DNA of 64,000 bases from Planctomycetota bacterium (lineage in GTDB: Bacteria > Planctomycetota > UBA11346). The position numbers were made by a program, and so were the translations under genes. The notes beneath the pieces were generated by a model. That model saw only the letters and a list, made by a program, of their open reading frames with translations, was not told the origin of the DNA and did not search any database. The stretch is taken from assembly GCA_038231435.1 (NCBI GenBank), contig JBBRLJ010000011.1, positions 1 to 64,000 of the forward strand. Reading direction: 5' to 3'. Shown here one piece after another: positions 46,918 to 57,150 of this stretch. Numbering within the stretch: position 1 is the stretch's first letter; each line of letters begins with the position of its first letter.

Positions 46918-47129
46918 GATCGCATTCCTCTTTCGACGTCGGACGGGGGCGGGGCCTCGGGAAATCGGCGGTTACAGCCTAGGGCGTCGACCGGCGAGTC
47001 CACAGCGCCCCCGCCCTGGCTGTCCTCGCGGCTGCGTCTTGGCAGCGCGTCCTCGCATCTATGATCCGGCCGCGGGCCTCGACAGGCACCGCATCCGGAT
47101 CGATGATTTCGAGCCACGAGCCCCACCTC

Positions 47130-47522
47130 ATGCCCACTGACATCGTTCCCAGCCAGCGTCCCGCGGAGGTCTTCGACCTGTTGCGTTGGAACGATCACGG
47201 CCTGGTCACGGCCGTGGCCCAGGAGGCACGCACGGGAGAGGTGCTGATGGTGGCATGGGCCGACCGCGAGGCCCTCAAGCGCACGCTCGAGACCCGCGTC
47301 GCCACCTACTTCAGCCGCAGCCGCGGAAGCATCTGGGTGAAGGGCGAGACCAGCGGCTATACGCAGACGGTGCTCGAGGTCCGCGCCGACTGCGACGGCG
47401 ATTGCCTGCTCTACCTCGTCGACGCGCCGGGGCCCGCCTGTCACCAGCTTCGCCGTAGCTGCTTCTCCAACCGCGTCGATGCCGACGGCAGCGTGCACTG
47501 CGACAAGCCGGTGATCGCATGA
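47130..47522 (+). CDS. hisI: Phosphoribosyl-AMP cyclohydrolase
   Basis: VLMVAW, YFSRSR-W-KGETSG, DCDGD, PACH---SCF. Confidence 0.95.
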   Translation: MPTDIVPSQRPAEVFDLLRWNDHGLVTAVAQEARTGEVLMVAWADREALKRTLETRVATYFSRSRGSIWVKGETSGYTQTVLEVRADCDGDCLLYLVDAPGPACHQLRRSCFSNRVDADGSVHCDKPVIA

Positions 47523-47899
47523 ACTCGCTGCGCCCGTCCCCATCGGGAAGCTGGCTGATGCCGTGGGAGCCGCTGCTCTCGATCGAGGGCCTGGCACAGA
47601 AACTGTTCCCCGAGATCGGTCCGCGCCACCCCCTGCACGGCTCGATGGTGCGCCAGGTCGCGAAGCGCCTCGACTGCGACGACGTGCTCGTCGAAGTGGT
47701 GGGCAGCGAGCGGCGGCTGGCGGTGGTGCACCGCACCTACGGACTGGTGCCCGATCCTGACTCGCGCTTCCCCTGGGTGACCTGGTACGCCGATTTCGAG
47801 GCCTGGGCGGCGAACGGCATGCGCGGCGACCACAGCGAGTTCACCAGCGATGGCGACGACCCGGATGCCGGCGATCGCTTCGACGGTTCGGCGCGTTGA
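47519..47899 (+). CDS. Hypothetical protein, 126 aa
   Basis: 4-nt overlaps with both neighbours; EI---HPLHG...[10 protein letters not shown]...AVVH pattern. Confidence 0.7.
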   Translation: MNSLRPSPSGSWLMPWEPLLSIEGLAQKLFPEIGPRHPLHGSMVRQVAKRLDCDDVLVEVVGSERRLAVVHRTYGLVPDPDSRFPWVTWYADFEAWAANGMRGDHSEFTSDGDDPDAGDRFDGSAR

Positions 47900-49107
47900 T
47901 TCCGAGCCCGGACGTGAGCCTGAAGAAACTGACCGTCTCGCGCACCACCGCGCGCTTCCTCGACCAGGGTCACCCGTGGGTGCGCCCCGACCGTTTCACG
48001 CGCGGCCTCGAAGCGCTGGAACCGGGCGAGGCGGTGACGTTGGTCGATCAGCAGGGCAAACCCCTGGGCTCGGCGCTCGCCGATCCGCGCGACGAGATCT
48101 GCGCGCGCGTCTTCCATCGCAAGGCCGACGCGGTCTTCGATCCCGCCGCGGCGGTGGCGCGGGCCTGGAAGCGCCGCGCGAAGCTCCACGCCGATCCCGA
48201 AACCGACTGTTACCGGGTGGTGCATGGCGAGGCCGATTTCCTGCCCGGCATCCGCGTCGAGCGCTACGGCCGCGTGCTGGTGGTGCTGGTGCTGGCGCGC
48301 TGCGCCGCCGTGCACGCCGAAGGCGTCTGCGCGGCGTTGCATGCCGCCATGCCCTCTGCCGAGATCGTGCTCCGCGACCATCGCGACGATCTGCGCCGCG
48401 AGGACGTCGCGAGCCGCGCCTGGCAAGGCGGCCCGCTCGATCCCACCGCCGTGGCCGAGGGCCGCGAGCTCGGGGTGCGCTATCCGCTGCGTCCCTTCGA
48501 TGGGCTCGCCACCGGCATCTACGTGGATCAGCGGGCGACGCGCGCCTGGCTACGCGACCAGGCTAGCGGAAAGCGCGTGCTGAACCTGTTCGCCTATACC
48601 GGCGCGTTCTCGGTGAGTCTGCTCATGGCCGGCGCCGAGGCCGCGATCGACGTCGACCTGTCGGCGCCCGCTCTGGCACGCGCCGTGGAAACCGCAGCCA
48701 TGAACGGCGTGGCTGATCGCCACCGCATCGCCCAGGCCGATTGCGGGAAATGGCTCGAGGCCTCTCGCGACGCCTATGACATCGTCATCTGCGATCCGCC
48801 GACCGCCGCGCAGGGCGGCGATGGCTGGATCCTACGCCGCGACTATCCACGCCTGCTGCGGCTCGCCTGCGCCCGCCTGACCCCCGGTGGGCTGCTGGTG
48901 GCCTGCTGCAACACCCTCGGCGGCAAACCCTTTCCCCTGCGCGAAGCGGTGGCCGAAGCAGCCCGCGAGGCGGGCATCACAGCCCACGAGGAGCCGGCGC
49001 CAGATCTCGGCCCCGACATCCCGCTGCTGACGGGCTTCCCGGAAGGACGCCCGTATCGCCTGGCTGCGCTGCGGTTGTCATCAGGGGCTCCGCCCCTACG
49101 GCCCTGA
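47896..49107 (+). CDS. RlmI/RlmK-like SAM-dependent rRNA methyltransferase
   Basis: GHPWV (PUA), YRVVHGEADFLPG, TGIYVDQR, VLNLFAYTGAFS, DPP. Confidence 0.88.
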   Translation: MIPSPDVSLKKLTVSRTTARFLDQGHPWVRPDRFTRGLEALEPGEAVTLVDQQGKPLGSALADPRDEICARVFHRKADAVFDPAAAVARAWKRRAKLHADPETDCYRVVHGEADFLPGIRVERYGRVLVVLVLARCAAVHAEGVCAALHAAMPSAEIVLRDHRDDLRREDVASRAWQGGPLDPTAVAEGRELGVRYPLRPFDGLATGIYVDQRATRAWLRDQASGKRVLNLFAYTGAFSVSLLMAGAEAAIDVDLSAPALARAVETAAMNGVADRHRIAQADCGKWLEASRDAYDIVICDPPTAAQGGDGWILRRDYPRLLRLACARLTPGGLLVACCNTLGGKPFPLREAVAEAAREAGITAHEEPAPDLGPDIPLLTGFPEGRPYRLAALRLSSGAPPLRP

Positions 49108-49317
49108 CGGGCCTACCCCACGGGCTGTTTTATCAGGGGCTCCGCCCCTAAGGCCCTGCGGGCCTACCCCACGGGCTTTGTCGTGGCTCGATTTGTCCAG
49201 CGAACTGGCCAAATCGTGGGCGGATCGGCTACGCCGATTGTATCCGCCCACCGCCACTCGGCGCCCGGTCGCTACGCTCCGGTCTGTGCGGGGGCTCGCC
49301 CCCGTACAAAAATCCCT
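49083..49317. repeat. REP-like element, family 1 (tandemly duplicated left arm)
   Basis: Two copies of AGGGGCTCCGCCCCTA...GGGCCTACCCCACGGGCT, then strong similarity to 18520-18632. Confidence 0.85.
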
Positions 49318-50114
49318 CATTTCAAGTCGGCGAGCGCCTGCGAGAAGCGGTGGATGCAGGCCTTTTGCAGGGCCACGCGCGCGTAACGCTTGTCGTTCGC
49401 GGCGATGATGTGCCACGGAGCGTGCGGGGTATGGGTGCGCAGCATCATCTCGTCGATCGCCTCTTCGTAGCGGTCCCACTTGCGGCGATTGCGGTAATCC
49501 TCGTCGGTCATCTTCCACGCCTTGAGCGGATTCGTGGAGCGTCGCTCGAAGCGCTGCTTCTGCTCCTGCTTGCTGATGTGCAGGAAGAACTTGATGATCA
49601 CGTGTCCGTCGACCGCGAGCTGGCGCTCGAATTCGTTGATCTCGTCGTAGGCGCGCTTCCATTCATCGTTGCTGGCGTAGCCCTCGACGCGCTCGACCAG
49701 GACGCGCCCGTACCAGCTGCGATCGAACACCGCGATGCGGCCGCGTGCCGGCAGCGCGTGCCAGAATCGCCACAGGTAATGGTGGTCCTTCTCTTCCTGG
49801 GTGGGAGCCGAGATCGGATGAACGAAGTAGCTGCGCGGATCGAACTTGTTCACCAGGCGATGGATCGCGCCGCCCTTGCCGGCCGCGTCCCAACCCTCGA
49901 CCACGATCACCGTCGGCACGCGCTTGGCGCGCATCTCGAGCTGGAGCGCGATCAGCTCCTTTTGGAAGGCTTTCTTGCGCTCCTTGTATTCGTGCTTGTC
50001 GAGCTTCGGCTGCAGGTCGACCTCGCGCATCGGCACGATCGACGGCGTGGACTCGGCCATGGCCTTGTCGGCGATGCGGGCGAGCTTCGAGGCCTTCATG
50101 CCGGCGTCCCTCAT
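49317..50114 (-). CDS. ppk2: Polyphosphate kinase 2 family protein
   Basis: EGWDAAGKGG, HYLWRF, FDRSWYGRVLVERV, KFFLHIS, WK-TDED; start uncertain (50060-50114). Confidence 0.93.
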   Translation of the reverse strand: MRDAGMKASKLARIADKAMAESTPSIVPMREVDLQPKLDKHEYKERKKAFQKELIALQLEMRAKRVPTVIVVEGWDAAGKGGAIHRLVNKFDPRSYFVHPISAPTQEEKDHHYLWRFWHALPARGRIAVFDRSWYGRVLVERVEGYASNDEWKRAYDEINEFERQLAVDGHVIIKFFLHISKQEQKQRFERRSTNPLKAWKMTDEDYRNRRKWDRYEEAIDEMMLRTHTPHAPWHIIAANDKRYARVALQKACIHRFSQALADLK

Positions 50115-50263
50115 GTGGAGAGCTTCCCTGATGGAGACTCTTCCCAGGGAGCTATAGCACCGGACCGCCGCCAATGCCAGCCACTCGCCGTGCTCGCAGG
50201 TGCATCGCGGATCGACACCGCTTCCTCACGCGGTCTTCGCCCCATGGGCACCGCGCGGGAGGT

Positions 50264-51205
50264 TCAGCCCCGCGTCAGGCGCGCCGCCAGCAGGATCGCC
50301 TGGACCAGCGACCGGTGCTCCGCTTCGCCACGCCAGGCGATGTCGAAGGCGGTGCCATGGTCGACCGAGGTGCGTACGATCGGCAGGCCAAGCGTGACGT
50401 TGACGCCGTCATCGAAGGCCAATGCCTTGAACGGAATCAGGCCCTGATCGTGATAAAGGCATACCCAGCCGTCGAAGCGCTCGCGATTCTTGGGCGTGAA
50501 CGCGGTGTCTGGCGGTAGCGGCCCCTCGACATCGATGCCCAGCTGCAGGAGCTCGGCCACCGCCGGCACCACCGCCTCGTCCTCGTGGCCGAACAACCCG
50601 CCCTCGCCAGCGTGCGGATTGAAGCCGCAGATCGCCAGCCTCGCCGGCTTTCCGCGCAGACGCGACAGCGACGCATGGAACGAGCGCGCGGTGGCGACGA
50701 TGCGCGCCGGCGTGAGTTCAGCAGGAACGCTCGCGAGCGACTGATGGCAGGTGACCAGCGCCACCGCGATGCTGGGGTGGTACATCATCATGGTCTCGCC
50801 GCGCACGCCGCAGCGCGCCGCCAGCCATTCGGTATGCCCGGGAAACGGGATGCCCGCCGCAGCGATCGCGGCCTTGTTGATCGGACACGTGACCATCGCC
50901 GCGAAGCGCCCGTCGAGACAACCGGCGATCGCGGACTCGATGCACGCACCCGCCGCAGCACCGCAGCGCGCATCGATGCGGCCCGGCACGACCCCCTCGG
51001 CGGAGAATCCCGGCATCGCCGGTTCGACCACCTCGCGCGGCAGCCGCCGGCCGAGCTTATCCGCGACCCTGTCCAGGAGTCCGCGGTGGGCTATGAGGAT
51101 CGGCTGGCAGATGGCGAGCACCGCCGGATCAGCGCACGCGGCCAGCGCGACTTCGGGACCGATGCCGGCGGGGTCCCCCATGGTGATGGCGATGGCTGGG
51201 AGCAT
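50264..51205 (-). CDS. pdxA: 4-hydroxythreonine-4-phosphate dehydrogenase (PdxA family)
   Basis: TMGDPAGIGPE, GHTE, NPHAGEGG, YHDQGLIP, RTSVDHGTAFDIA. Confidence 0.93.
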   Translation of the reverse strand: MLPAIAITMGDPAGIGPEVALAACADPAVLAICQPILIAHRGLLDRVADKLGRRLPREVVEPAMPGFSAEGVVPGRIDARCGAAAGACIESAIAGCLDGRFAAMVTCPINKAAIAAAGIPFPGHTEWLAARCGVRGETMMMYHPSIAVALVTCHQSLASVPAELTPARIVATARSFHASLSRLRGKPARLAICGFNPHAGEGGLFGHEDEAVVPAVAELLQLGIDVEGPLPPDTAFTPKNRERFDGWVCLYHDQGLIPFKALAFDDGVNVTLGLPIVRTSVDHGTAFDIAWRGEAEHRSLVQAILLAARLTRG

Positions 51206-51292
51206 GGGCGCATGCTCCGCATCCTCCCTCCGTATCAACGACTTCACCTGGACGGAAGGCAATGCCCATGCTCACCCTGCTTCTTGCTTCCC

Positions 51293-51386
51293 GGGGGGCA
51301 GCGCGGAGCGCGATGATGGAGGGATCGCAAAGCGATCTCGAATGCCCTTCGGAGCATCCGCCGGCCAGAGGCAATAGCCCCCCAAC
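51293..51386. repeat. Fragment of REP family 2
   Basis: GGGGGGCAGCGCGGAGCGCGATG is the reverse complement of 42833-42855; ends TAGCCCCCCAAC like 43032-43043. Confidence 0.65.
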
Positions 51387-52147
51387 TAATACGTGGCGCG
51401 ACCGCCCGACAGATCAAACGTGAACCCGGTATTGAAGCTCGCCTCGGGCGAGACGATCCAGCACGACAACGCCGCGACCTCGTCGAGCGTTCCGGTGCGC
51501 TTCATGGGGATCTTGTCGGTCATGTAGGTGACCTGGCGCGGATCGAGGTTGTCGACCATGGCGGTGCGGATCACCGCCGGCGCGATGCCGTTCACAGTGA
51601 TACCACTCTCGGCGAATTCCTTGCCCACCGATTTGACCAGGCCGATCACTCCAGCCTTGCTGGCGGAGTACGGGCACATCCCGGCGTTCCCCTCCTTGCC
51701 GGCAATCGAGGCGAACAGCAGCACGCGGCCGTAATTGCGCGGGCGCATCAACGCGAGCGCGTGCTTGGTCACCAGGAAACTGCTGCGCAGGTTGATGCGG
51801 ATCACGCGGTCGAATTCCTCGACCGTCACGTCGGTTATGGTCTTGGCATTCGGTCCGGCGATCCCGGCGCAGTGGACCATGATGTCCAACCGCTGTCCGT
51901 GGCGCTCGGCAGCCTCGGCGATGCCAGCGCGCACCGCGGCATCGTCGCCAACGTCGACCACCGTGCCGCTCGCGCGCGCGCCCGACTTGACGAGCTCGGC
52001 GACGGCGGTGTCGATCGCAGCGCGGTCGACGTCCCACAGCACCACCGCCGCGCCCTCGCGCGCGAGGCGCGCCGCGACGTGGCGACCGATGCCGGCCGCG
52101 CCTCCGGTGATGATGGCGATCTGGCCGGTGAATCGCGTGTCGGTCAT
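51386..52147 (-). CDS. SDR family oxidoreductase
   Basis: TGGAAGIG, YSASK, FDLSGG; ATGA overlap with the FAH gene. Confidence 0.92.
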   Translation of the reverse strand: MTDTRFTGQIAIITGGAAGIGRHVAARLAREGAAVVLWDVDRAAIDTAVAELVKSGARASGTVVDVGDDAAVRAGIAEAAERHGQRLDIMVHCAGIAGPNAKTITDVTVEEFDRVIRINLRSSFLVTKHALALMRPRNYGRVLLFASIAGKEGNAGMCPYSASKAGVIGLVKSVGKEFAESGITVNGIAPAVIRTAMVDNLDPRQVTYMTDKIPMKRTGTLDEVAALSCWIVSPEASFNTGFTFDLSGGRATY

Positions 52148-52998
52148 GCGTCCTCGCAGGTCTGCTTCTGGGTTCCGAGGCCCTCGATGGAGAGTTCCAT
52201 CACGTCCCCCTTCTTCAAATAGCGCGGCACCGGCTTCATGCCCATGCCCACCCCCGGAGGCGTGCCGGTCGAGATCAGGTCGCCCGCCTCGAGTGTCATG
52301 AACTGCGACAGGTAGTGCACGATGGTGAAGACGTCGAAGACCATGGTGCTGGTGTTGCCGGTCTGGCGGCGCTCGCCGTTGACGTCCAGGCGCATGGGTA
52401 GCCTGGTCGGGTCGATGCCGTCCGCGGTGGCCAGCCAGGGACCGAGCGGATTGAAGGTGTCGCAGGACTTGCCCTTGGTCCATTGGCCGCCGCGCTCGAG
52501 CTGGAAGGCGCGCTCGGAGATGTCGTTGGACACGCAGTAGCCGGCGATGGCGCTACGCGCGTCATCCACCGTCGCGAGGTAGCGCGTATCCGCGCCGATG
52601 ACCACGCCAAGTTCGACTTCCCAATCGGTCTTCAGCCCGCCGCGCGGGATCTTCACCATGTCGTATGGGCCGACCACGGTGTTCGCCGCCTTCATGAACA
52701 CGATCGGCTCCGTCGGCACCGGCTGACCGGATTCCGCGGCATGGTCGCGATAATTCAGACCGATGCAGATGACCTTGCCCGGACGCGCCACGCAGCTGCC
52801 CCAGCGCGCGCCGGCCGGCACGCCCGGCAGCGCGGGCCCGTTCGAGCGCAGCAGGTCGCGCAGCTTGGACAGACCGCCCGTTTTGAAGAAAGCGCCGTTC
52901 CAGTCGGCGAAGTGGGCGGAGCAATCCTTGCGTTCGCCCCCATCGAGGATCACCCCGGGCTGCTCGCGGCCAGGGTCTCCGAAGCGGATCAGTTTCAC
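52144..52998 (-). CDS. Fumarylacetoacetate hydrolase family protein
   Basis: CIGLNY, DWEVEL, NDISER, KGKSCDTF, GDLISTGTPPGVG; GTG start after GAGGAG. Confidence 0.93.
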   Translation of the reverse strand: MKLIRFGDPGREQPGVILDGGERKDCSAHFADWNGAFFKTGGLSKLRDLLRSNGPALPGVPAGARWGSCVARPGKVICIGLNYRDHAAESGQPVPTEPIVFMKAANTVVGPYDMVKIPRGGLKTDWEVELGVVIGADTRYLATVDDARSAIAGYCVSNDISERAFQLERGGQWTKGKSCDTFNPLGPWLATADGIDPTRLPMRLDVNGERRQTGNTSTMVFDVFTIVHYLSQFMTLEAGDLISTGTPPGVGMGMKPVPRYLKKGDVMELSIEGLGTQKQTCEDA

Positions 52999-53049
52999 GG
53001 CAGCTCCTCGCGAAAGACGGCGTCCAGGCTTTGCGATTGCACCTTGGTA

Positions 53050-53063
53050 TTTTATTAATAAAA
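53050..53063. promoter_or_regulatory. AT-only palindrome, candidate GntR operator
   Basis: TTTTATTAATAAAA, a perfect palindrome in the divergent FAH/GntR gap. Confidence 0.6.
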
Positions 53064-53070
53064 AGCAATA

Positions 53071-54033
53071 GTGAGCCCACCGCGCCGCACCACCCCCCCC
53101 GCCGCGACGAGGTCCGTGAGCCCGCTGGTGAAGCAGACGGTCAATGGGATGCTGGCGTCGTTCGCCCACAGCCGACAGGTCCCCCGGCGCATTCCGGCGG
53201 AGGCCGAGCTCGCCGCAGCCCTCGGCGTCAGCCGCTCCACGGTGCGCGAGGCGGTGCGCATCCTGGTAGCGAGCGGGCTGCTGCGCCGCGAAGGCTCGGC
53301 CACGCTGCTCGCCCGCGCGCCCGCACGCCCCGATCGCCTCGAGGTCACGCGCGGTCCGGCGAGCAAGTCGGAGGCCTTCGACGCCTTCTTCCTGCGCAAG
53401 CTCCACCGCCGCGAGCTCGCTCCCGGAGTCCGTTTCAGCGAGCTCGAGCTCGCGCGCGCGGCGCGCTTGAACACCATCACGGTGCGCGAAGGCCTGCTGC
53501 GTTTCGCGCGTTCCGGCCTCATCCACAAGGAGCCGCGCCGGCAGTGGGCGGTAGTGGCCTTCGACGAGGCGATGATCGACGAGCTCTTCGATCTGCGCGT
53601 GCTGCTCGAGCAGGCGGCGCTGGCCAAGGCGCTCGCCCTGCCAGACGCGCATCCGCTGCGCGCCGAGTTCCAGCGCGTCCTCGACGACCATCGGCGCTTC
53701 GCGCGCTCGGCGTCCAGGCGGGTCGAGGACTTCCTGGTCCTCGACGAGCGCTTCCACGGCGCCTTGTTCAAGGCCGCCGCCAACCGCTATCTCGACGAGA
53801 TGTTCTCGACGGTATCGCTGCTCATCCATTTCCAGCTCCACCACGACGACGTCGGCAGGCGCGGCATGGATCTCGGCCTGGCCGGTCACCCGCCGGTGCT
53901 CGAGGCGATCCTGGCCCGCAACGCTGCACGCGCACGCGCGGCGCTCGACGCCCACCTCGCCAGCGCGCGCATGATCATGAAGCTCGCCGCCGGCGTGGCC
54001 CAGCTCCCCGGCGCCGCGACCGCCTCGACCTGA
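53071..54033 (+). CDS. GntR/FCD regulator with two wHTH domains
   Basis: AEAELAAALGVSRSTVREA and SELELARAARLNTITVREGL; FCD motifs LFDLRVLLE, DERFH. Confidence 0.88.
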   Translation: MSPPRRTTPPAATRSVSPLVKQTVNGMLASFAHSRQVPRRIPAEAELAAALGVSRSTVREAVRILVASGLLRREGSATLLARAPARPDRLEVTRGPASKSEAFDAFFLRKLHRRELAPGVRFSELELARAARLNTITVREGLLRFARSGLIHKEPRRQWAVVAFDEAMIDELFDLRVLLEQAALAKALALPDAHPLRAEFQRVLDDHRRFARSASRRVEDFLVLDERFHGALFKAAANRYLDEMFSTVSLLIHFQLHHDDVGRRGMDLGLAGHPPVLEAILARNAARARAALDAHLASARMIMKLAAGVAQLPGAATAST

Positions 54034-54065
54034 CCTCCTCATCACCAATCCGCACAGGACACCCC

Positions 54066-55283
54066 ATGCCAAAAGCCATGAAGATCACCGAGATCGAGAC
54101 CTACATCGCCGGAAACCCGTGGAAGAACTGGATGTTCGTGCGTGTGTTGACCGACTCCGGCCTGCACGGCGTCGGCGAAGGCACCCTCAACGGCTTCGCG
54201 CGCACCACCGAGGCGGCGGTGCACGAGATGAAGCACCTGGTGATCGGGCGGAATCCGTTCGACATCGATCCGATCGTGCTGTCGCTGACGCGCGACCTGT
54301 ACTCCGACGGCGGCCAGATCCAGCGCTGCGCCACGGCGGCGATCGAGATGGCCTGCCTCGACATCAAGGGCAAGGCGCTCGACGTGCCGGTGCACCAGCT
54401 GCTCGGCGGCAAGGTGCGCGACCGTATCCGCGCCTACGCCAACGGTTGGTACCGCTGCGACCGCGTGCCCGCGGAATTCGCCGCGGCGGCGAAGAAGGTG
54501 GTGCGCGACGGCTTCACCGCGCTCAAGTTCGACCCGTTCGGCACCGCGCACCTGCACATGTCGAAGGAGGACGAGAACCTCTCGATCGCCATCATCGCCG
54601 CCGTGCGCGCTGCGGTCGGGCCCAAGGTCGAGCTGATGATCGAGGGCCACTGCCGCTTCACCGTCGGCCAGGCGATCTCGATCGGCACCAAGCTCGCTCC
54701 CTTCGACATCACGTGGTTCGAGGAGCCCTGCCCGCACCACCGCATCGCCGACACCATCGAAGTCGCGCGGCGGGTGCCGGTGCCAGTATCCAGCGGCGAA
54801 TCGCTTTCGAGCAAGCAGCACTTCGCCGAACTCATCGCGCATGGCGCGATCGCCGTCTACCAACCCGAGATCATGGTGCTCGGTGGCATCACCCAGGCCC
54901 GCCAGGTGTGCGCGATGGCCGAGGCCGCGAACGCGGTGGTGGCGCCGCACAACGCCCAGGGCCCGATCAGCACCATCGCCTGCCTGCACCTGGCGGCATC
55001 GTGCACCAACTACCTGATCCAGGAATACTTCGACATCTACAACGTCGAGTGGGAGAAGGAGCTGGTCACCTGGCAGCCGACGCTGGACCGCGATGGCTGC
55101 CTCGACATCCCCACCGCGCCGGGCCTCGGCTGCGATCTGGACCTGAAGGTGGTGAAGGCGCATCCATACCACGAAGGCAACTACCTGCCGCTGTTCAAGG
55201 ACGCCTGGAACCTGCGCGAGGGCGACACCCAGACCAAGACCCGCGCGGCAGCGGCGAGCGGCAAGCGGCGCGGAGCGCGTTGA
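54066..55283 (+). CDS. Mandelate racemase/enolase superfamily sugar-acid dehydratase (DgoD-like)
   Basis: DIKGKALDVPVHQLLGG, YANGWY, KFDPF, EGH, WFEEP, GE, PHN, PGLG. Confidence 0.9.
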   Translation: MPKAMKITEIETYIAGNPWKNWMFVRVLTDSGLHGVGEGTLNGFARTTEAAVHEMKHLVIGRNPFDIDPIVLSLTRDLYSDGGQIQRCATAAIEMACLDIKGKALDVPVHQLLGGKVRDRIRAYANGWYRCDRVPAEFAAAAKKVVRDGFTALKFDPFGTAHLHMSKEDENLSIAIIAAVRAAVGPKVELMIEGHCRFTVGQAISIGTKLAPFDITWFEEPCPHHRIADTIEVARRVPVPVSSGESLSSKQHFAELIAHGAIAVYQPEIMVLGGITQARQVCAMAEAANAVVAPHNAQGPISTIACLHLAASCTNYLIQEYFDIYNVEWEKELVTWQPTLDRDGCLDIPTAPGLGCDLDLKVVKAHPYHEGNYLPLFKDAWNLREGDTQTKTRAAAASGKRRGAR

Positions 55284-56026
55284 TGCGGCTCCCCGACCTC
55301 GAGGGCCGCCGTGCGCTCGTCACCGGCACCTCGGGTGGCATCGGCAAGGCGGTGGCGCGGGCTCTGCTCGCGCAGGGCTGCTCGGTCCATGGCTTGGACA
55401 TCGGTCCCGATCCATCGGATCTCGGCGCCGGCTACACCCACCACCGCTGCGATCTCAGCGACGCCGCGGCGTTGCGCGCGGCGGCCAGCGCCGCGTGCGG
55501 TGACAGCGCGCTCGACCATCTGGTGAACGTGGCCGGCATCGACCCCCTGCACAGTCTCGCCGAGGGCGGCGAGCGCGAATGGGACCGCGTGCTCGATCTC
55601 GATCTCAAGGCCTACTACCTGCTCATCCACCACTGCCTGGAGCCGCTGAAACGCGGCGCCGGCAAAAGCATCGTCAACGTCTCGTCGATCAACTACCGCC
55701 TCGGCGTGCCCAAGCGCTCGATCTACGCGGCTGCGAAAGCCGGCATCCTCGGCTTGACCCGCGGCCTCGCCCGCGAACTCGGCGCCGATGGCATCCGCAT
55801 CAACACCGTGTCTCCAGGCTGGGTGTTCACCGAGCGCCAACGCGACGAGCACTTCTCTGGCGCCGCCGGCGTCGAGAAGCTCGCCTACCTGCACCGCGTG
55901 CAATCGCTTGCGCTGCACATCGAGCCCGTCGACATCGCCACCCACATCCTCTTCTACCTGTCCTCAGCCAGCCGCGCCTCCACCGGACACAACTGCGTGG
56001 TGGATGCCGGCTGGCTGCTGGAGTGA
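55283..56026 (+). CDS. SDR family oxidoreductase
   Basis: TGTSGGIG, NVAG, YAAAK, GIRINTVSPGW, VDAGW; TGATG coupling to the upstream gene. Confidence 0.9.
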   Translation: MRLPDLEGRRALVTGTSGGIGKAVARALLAQGCSVHGLDIGPDPSDLGAGYTHHRCDLSDAAALRAAASAACGDSALDHLVNVAGIDPLHSLAEGGEREWDRVLDLDLKAYYLLIHHCLEPLKRGAGKSIVNVSSINYRLGVPKRSIYAAAKAGILGLTRGLARELGADGIRINTVSPGWVFTERQRDEHFSGAAGVEKLAYLHRVQSLALHIEPVDIATHILFYLSSASRASTGHNCVVDAGWLLE

Positions 56027-56151
56027 CGTCCTATCATCGTCAACCTGGGCCTGAGCGCCCCGCGATGGGCGGTCGGCGGATGCGATGGACGAAGCCCCTC
56101 ACCCGACGATGACGCCAGCTTGGCCACATCGAGCCCCACAACGATGTGGGG

Positions 56152-56190
56152 GCTGATGGCCTCAGAGGCTTCGCCCCTGAGGCCATCAGC
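56152..56190. terminator. Strong hairpin between convergent genes
   Basis: GCTGATGGCCTCAG...CTGAGGCCATCAGC, 14-bp stem; no U-tract. Confidence 0.55.
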
Positions 56191-56452
56191 TCAAGGCGCG
56201 AACCAGGGCCAGATCGACGGTTCCGTGTAAGAAGCCGACCACCAGCAGGGCGATGGCGGCGAGCATGACGAGGCTCGCCGCGAGACCGGGGATGGGGCGG
56301 CCGTGGAGCTCGATGCCAGGCACCACGGCGGCGCTGCGCGTGGAAGGGATGGCCTGGCGTCGCGACGACGGCATGCGCTGGAAAGGATGGCTAGGGACGT
56401 ACACGTACATGGCGATCGCCTCCATTCGGACCTGTTGAACCGTGTCGCTCAT
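56186..56452 (-). CDS. Small membrane hypothetical protein
   Basis: C-terminal TM segment; GGAGG before MYVYV suggests a start near 56410. Confidence 0.5.
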   Translation of the reverse strand: MSDTVQQVRMEAIAMYVYVPSHPFQRMPSSRRQAIPSTRSAAVVPGIELHGRPIPGLAASLVMLAAIALLVVGFLHGTVDLALVRALS

Positions 56453-56527
56453 ACTCGGCGACCATCCACCTACGATGTAGATGTTATGGAGGAAATACCG
56501 TTTTTCGCGTAATTTAGGACAAACTCG

Positions 56528-57037
56528 CTACAGCAGTGGTATTCGATCGATCGTGACCAAGCCGGCGAAGCGCGATTCGCACAGTGGCACGCGAGGTCGT
56601 CTGCGCCACGTTCCCAGATCCGTCGGGGTGAGGTCGTGGACCCAGATGTCGGCGACGCCATCCGCTCCCGGCTTCGCGGTCGCGACCAGGGCGCGCAGCG
56701 CGGCGCGGTCCATACAGCGCGTTCGCCCCCCGCTCTCGACCACCAACGGCGGAGCGTTGACCAGACGCAGCGAGTGGCGCTCCTCGAAAGCGAGCAGCAG
56801 ACGCGACAGCTTGTCGTGGCTGCACCCTGACAGGGTCTCGGCACCCTGCCAGGCGAGAGCGACGATCGAGCCGTCGGCGGCGAGTTCGCTGCCCCAACGG
56901 GTGACGCGTCCCTCGCGCTCGAACTGCGTGAAGAGCTTGGCTAGGGCATCGGCCAGCGTCGTCCATTCGTCGGTCCCCAGCGGGGGATCGCACGCGATCA
57001 GGCGCATGGCACAGGCATCGTCGAGACCATCGAACAT
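56528..57037 (-). CDS. Conserved-looking hypothetical protein
   Basis: 3' part of track ORF 56528..57487; LSGCSHDKL motif. Confidence 0.65.
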   Translation of the reverse strand: MFDGLDDACAMRLIACDPPLGTDEWTTLADALAKLFTQFEREGRVTRWGSELAADGSIVALAWQGAETLSGCSHDKLSRLLLAFEERHSLRLVNAPPLVVESGGRTRCMDRAALRALVATAKPGADGVADIWVHDLTPTDLGTWRRRPRVPLCESRFAGLVTIDRIPLL

Positions 57038-57150
57038 GCGCGCATGGTAGCGTCGTCCCACGGGCGCGCAGCGGCCTTGCCAGGGAAACAGCAGTCCAGG
57101 GAAGCGGTCAGCGCGCTGGGAATCCTCGCTCGCGTCGAGAGACTGCCCCC

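Noticed and set aside
52999..54072. Long N-terminal extensions on the FAH, dehydratase and SDR track ORFs suggesting fusions
   Set aside because: They overlap the GntR gene or neighbouring genes in other frames; internal starts with RBS or stop/start coupling explain them
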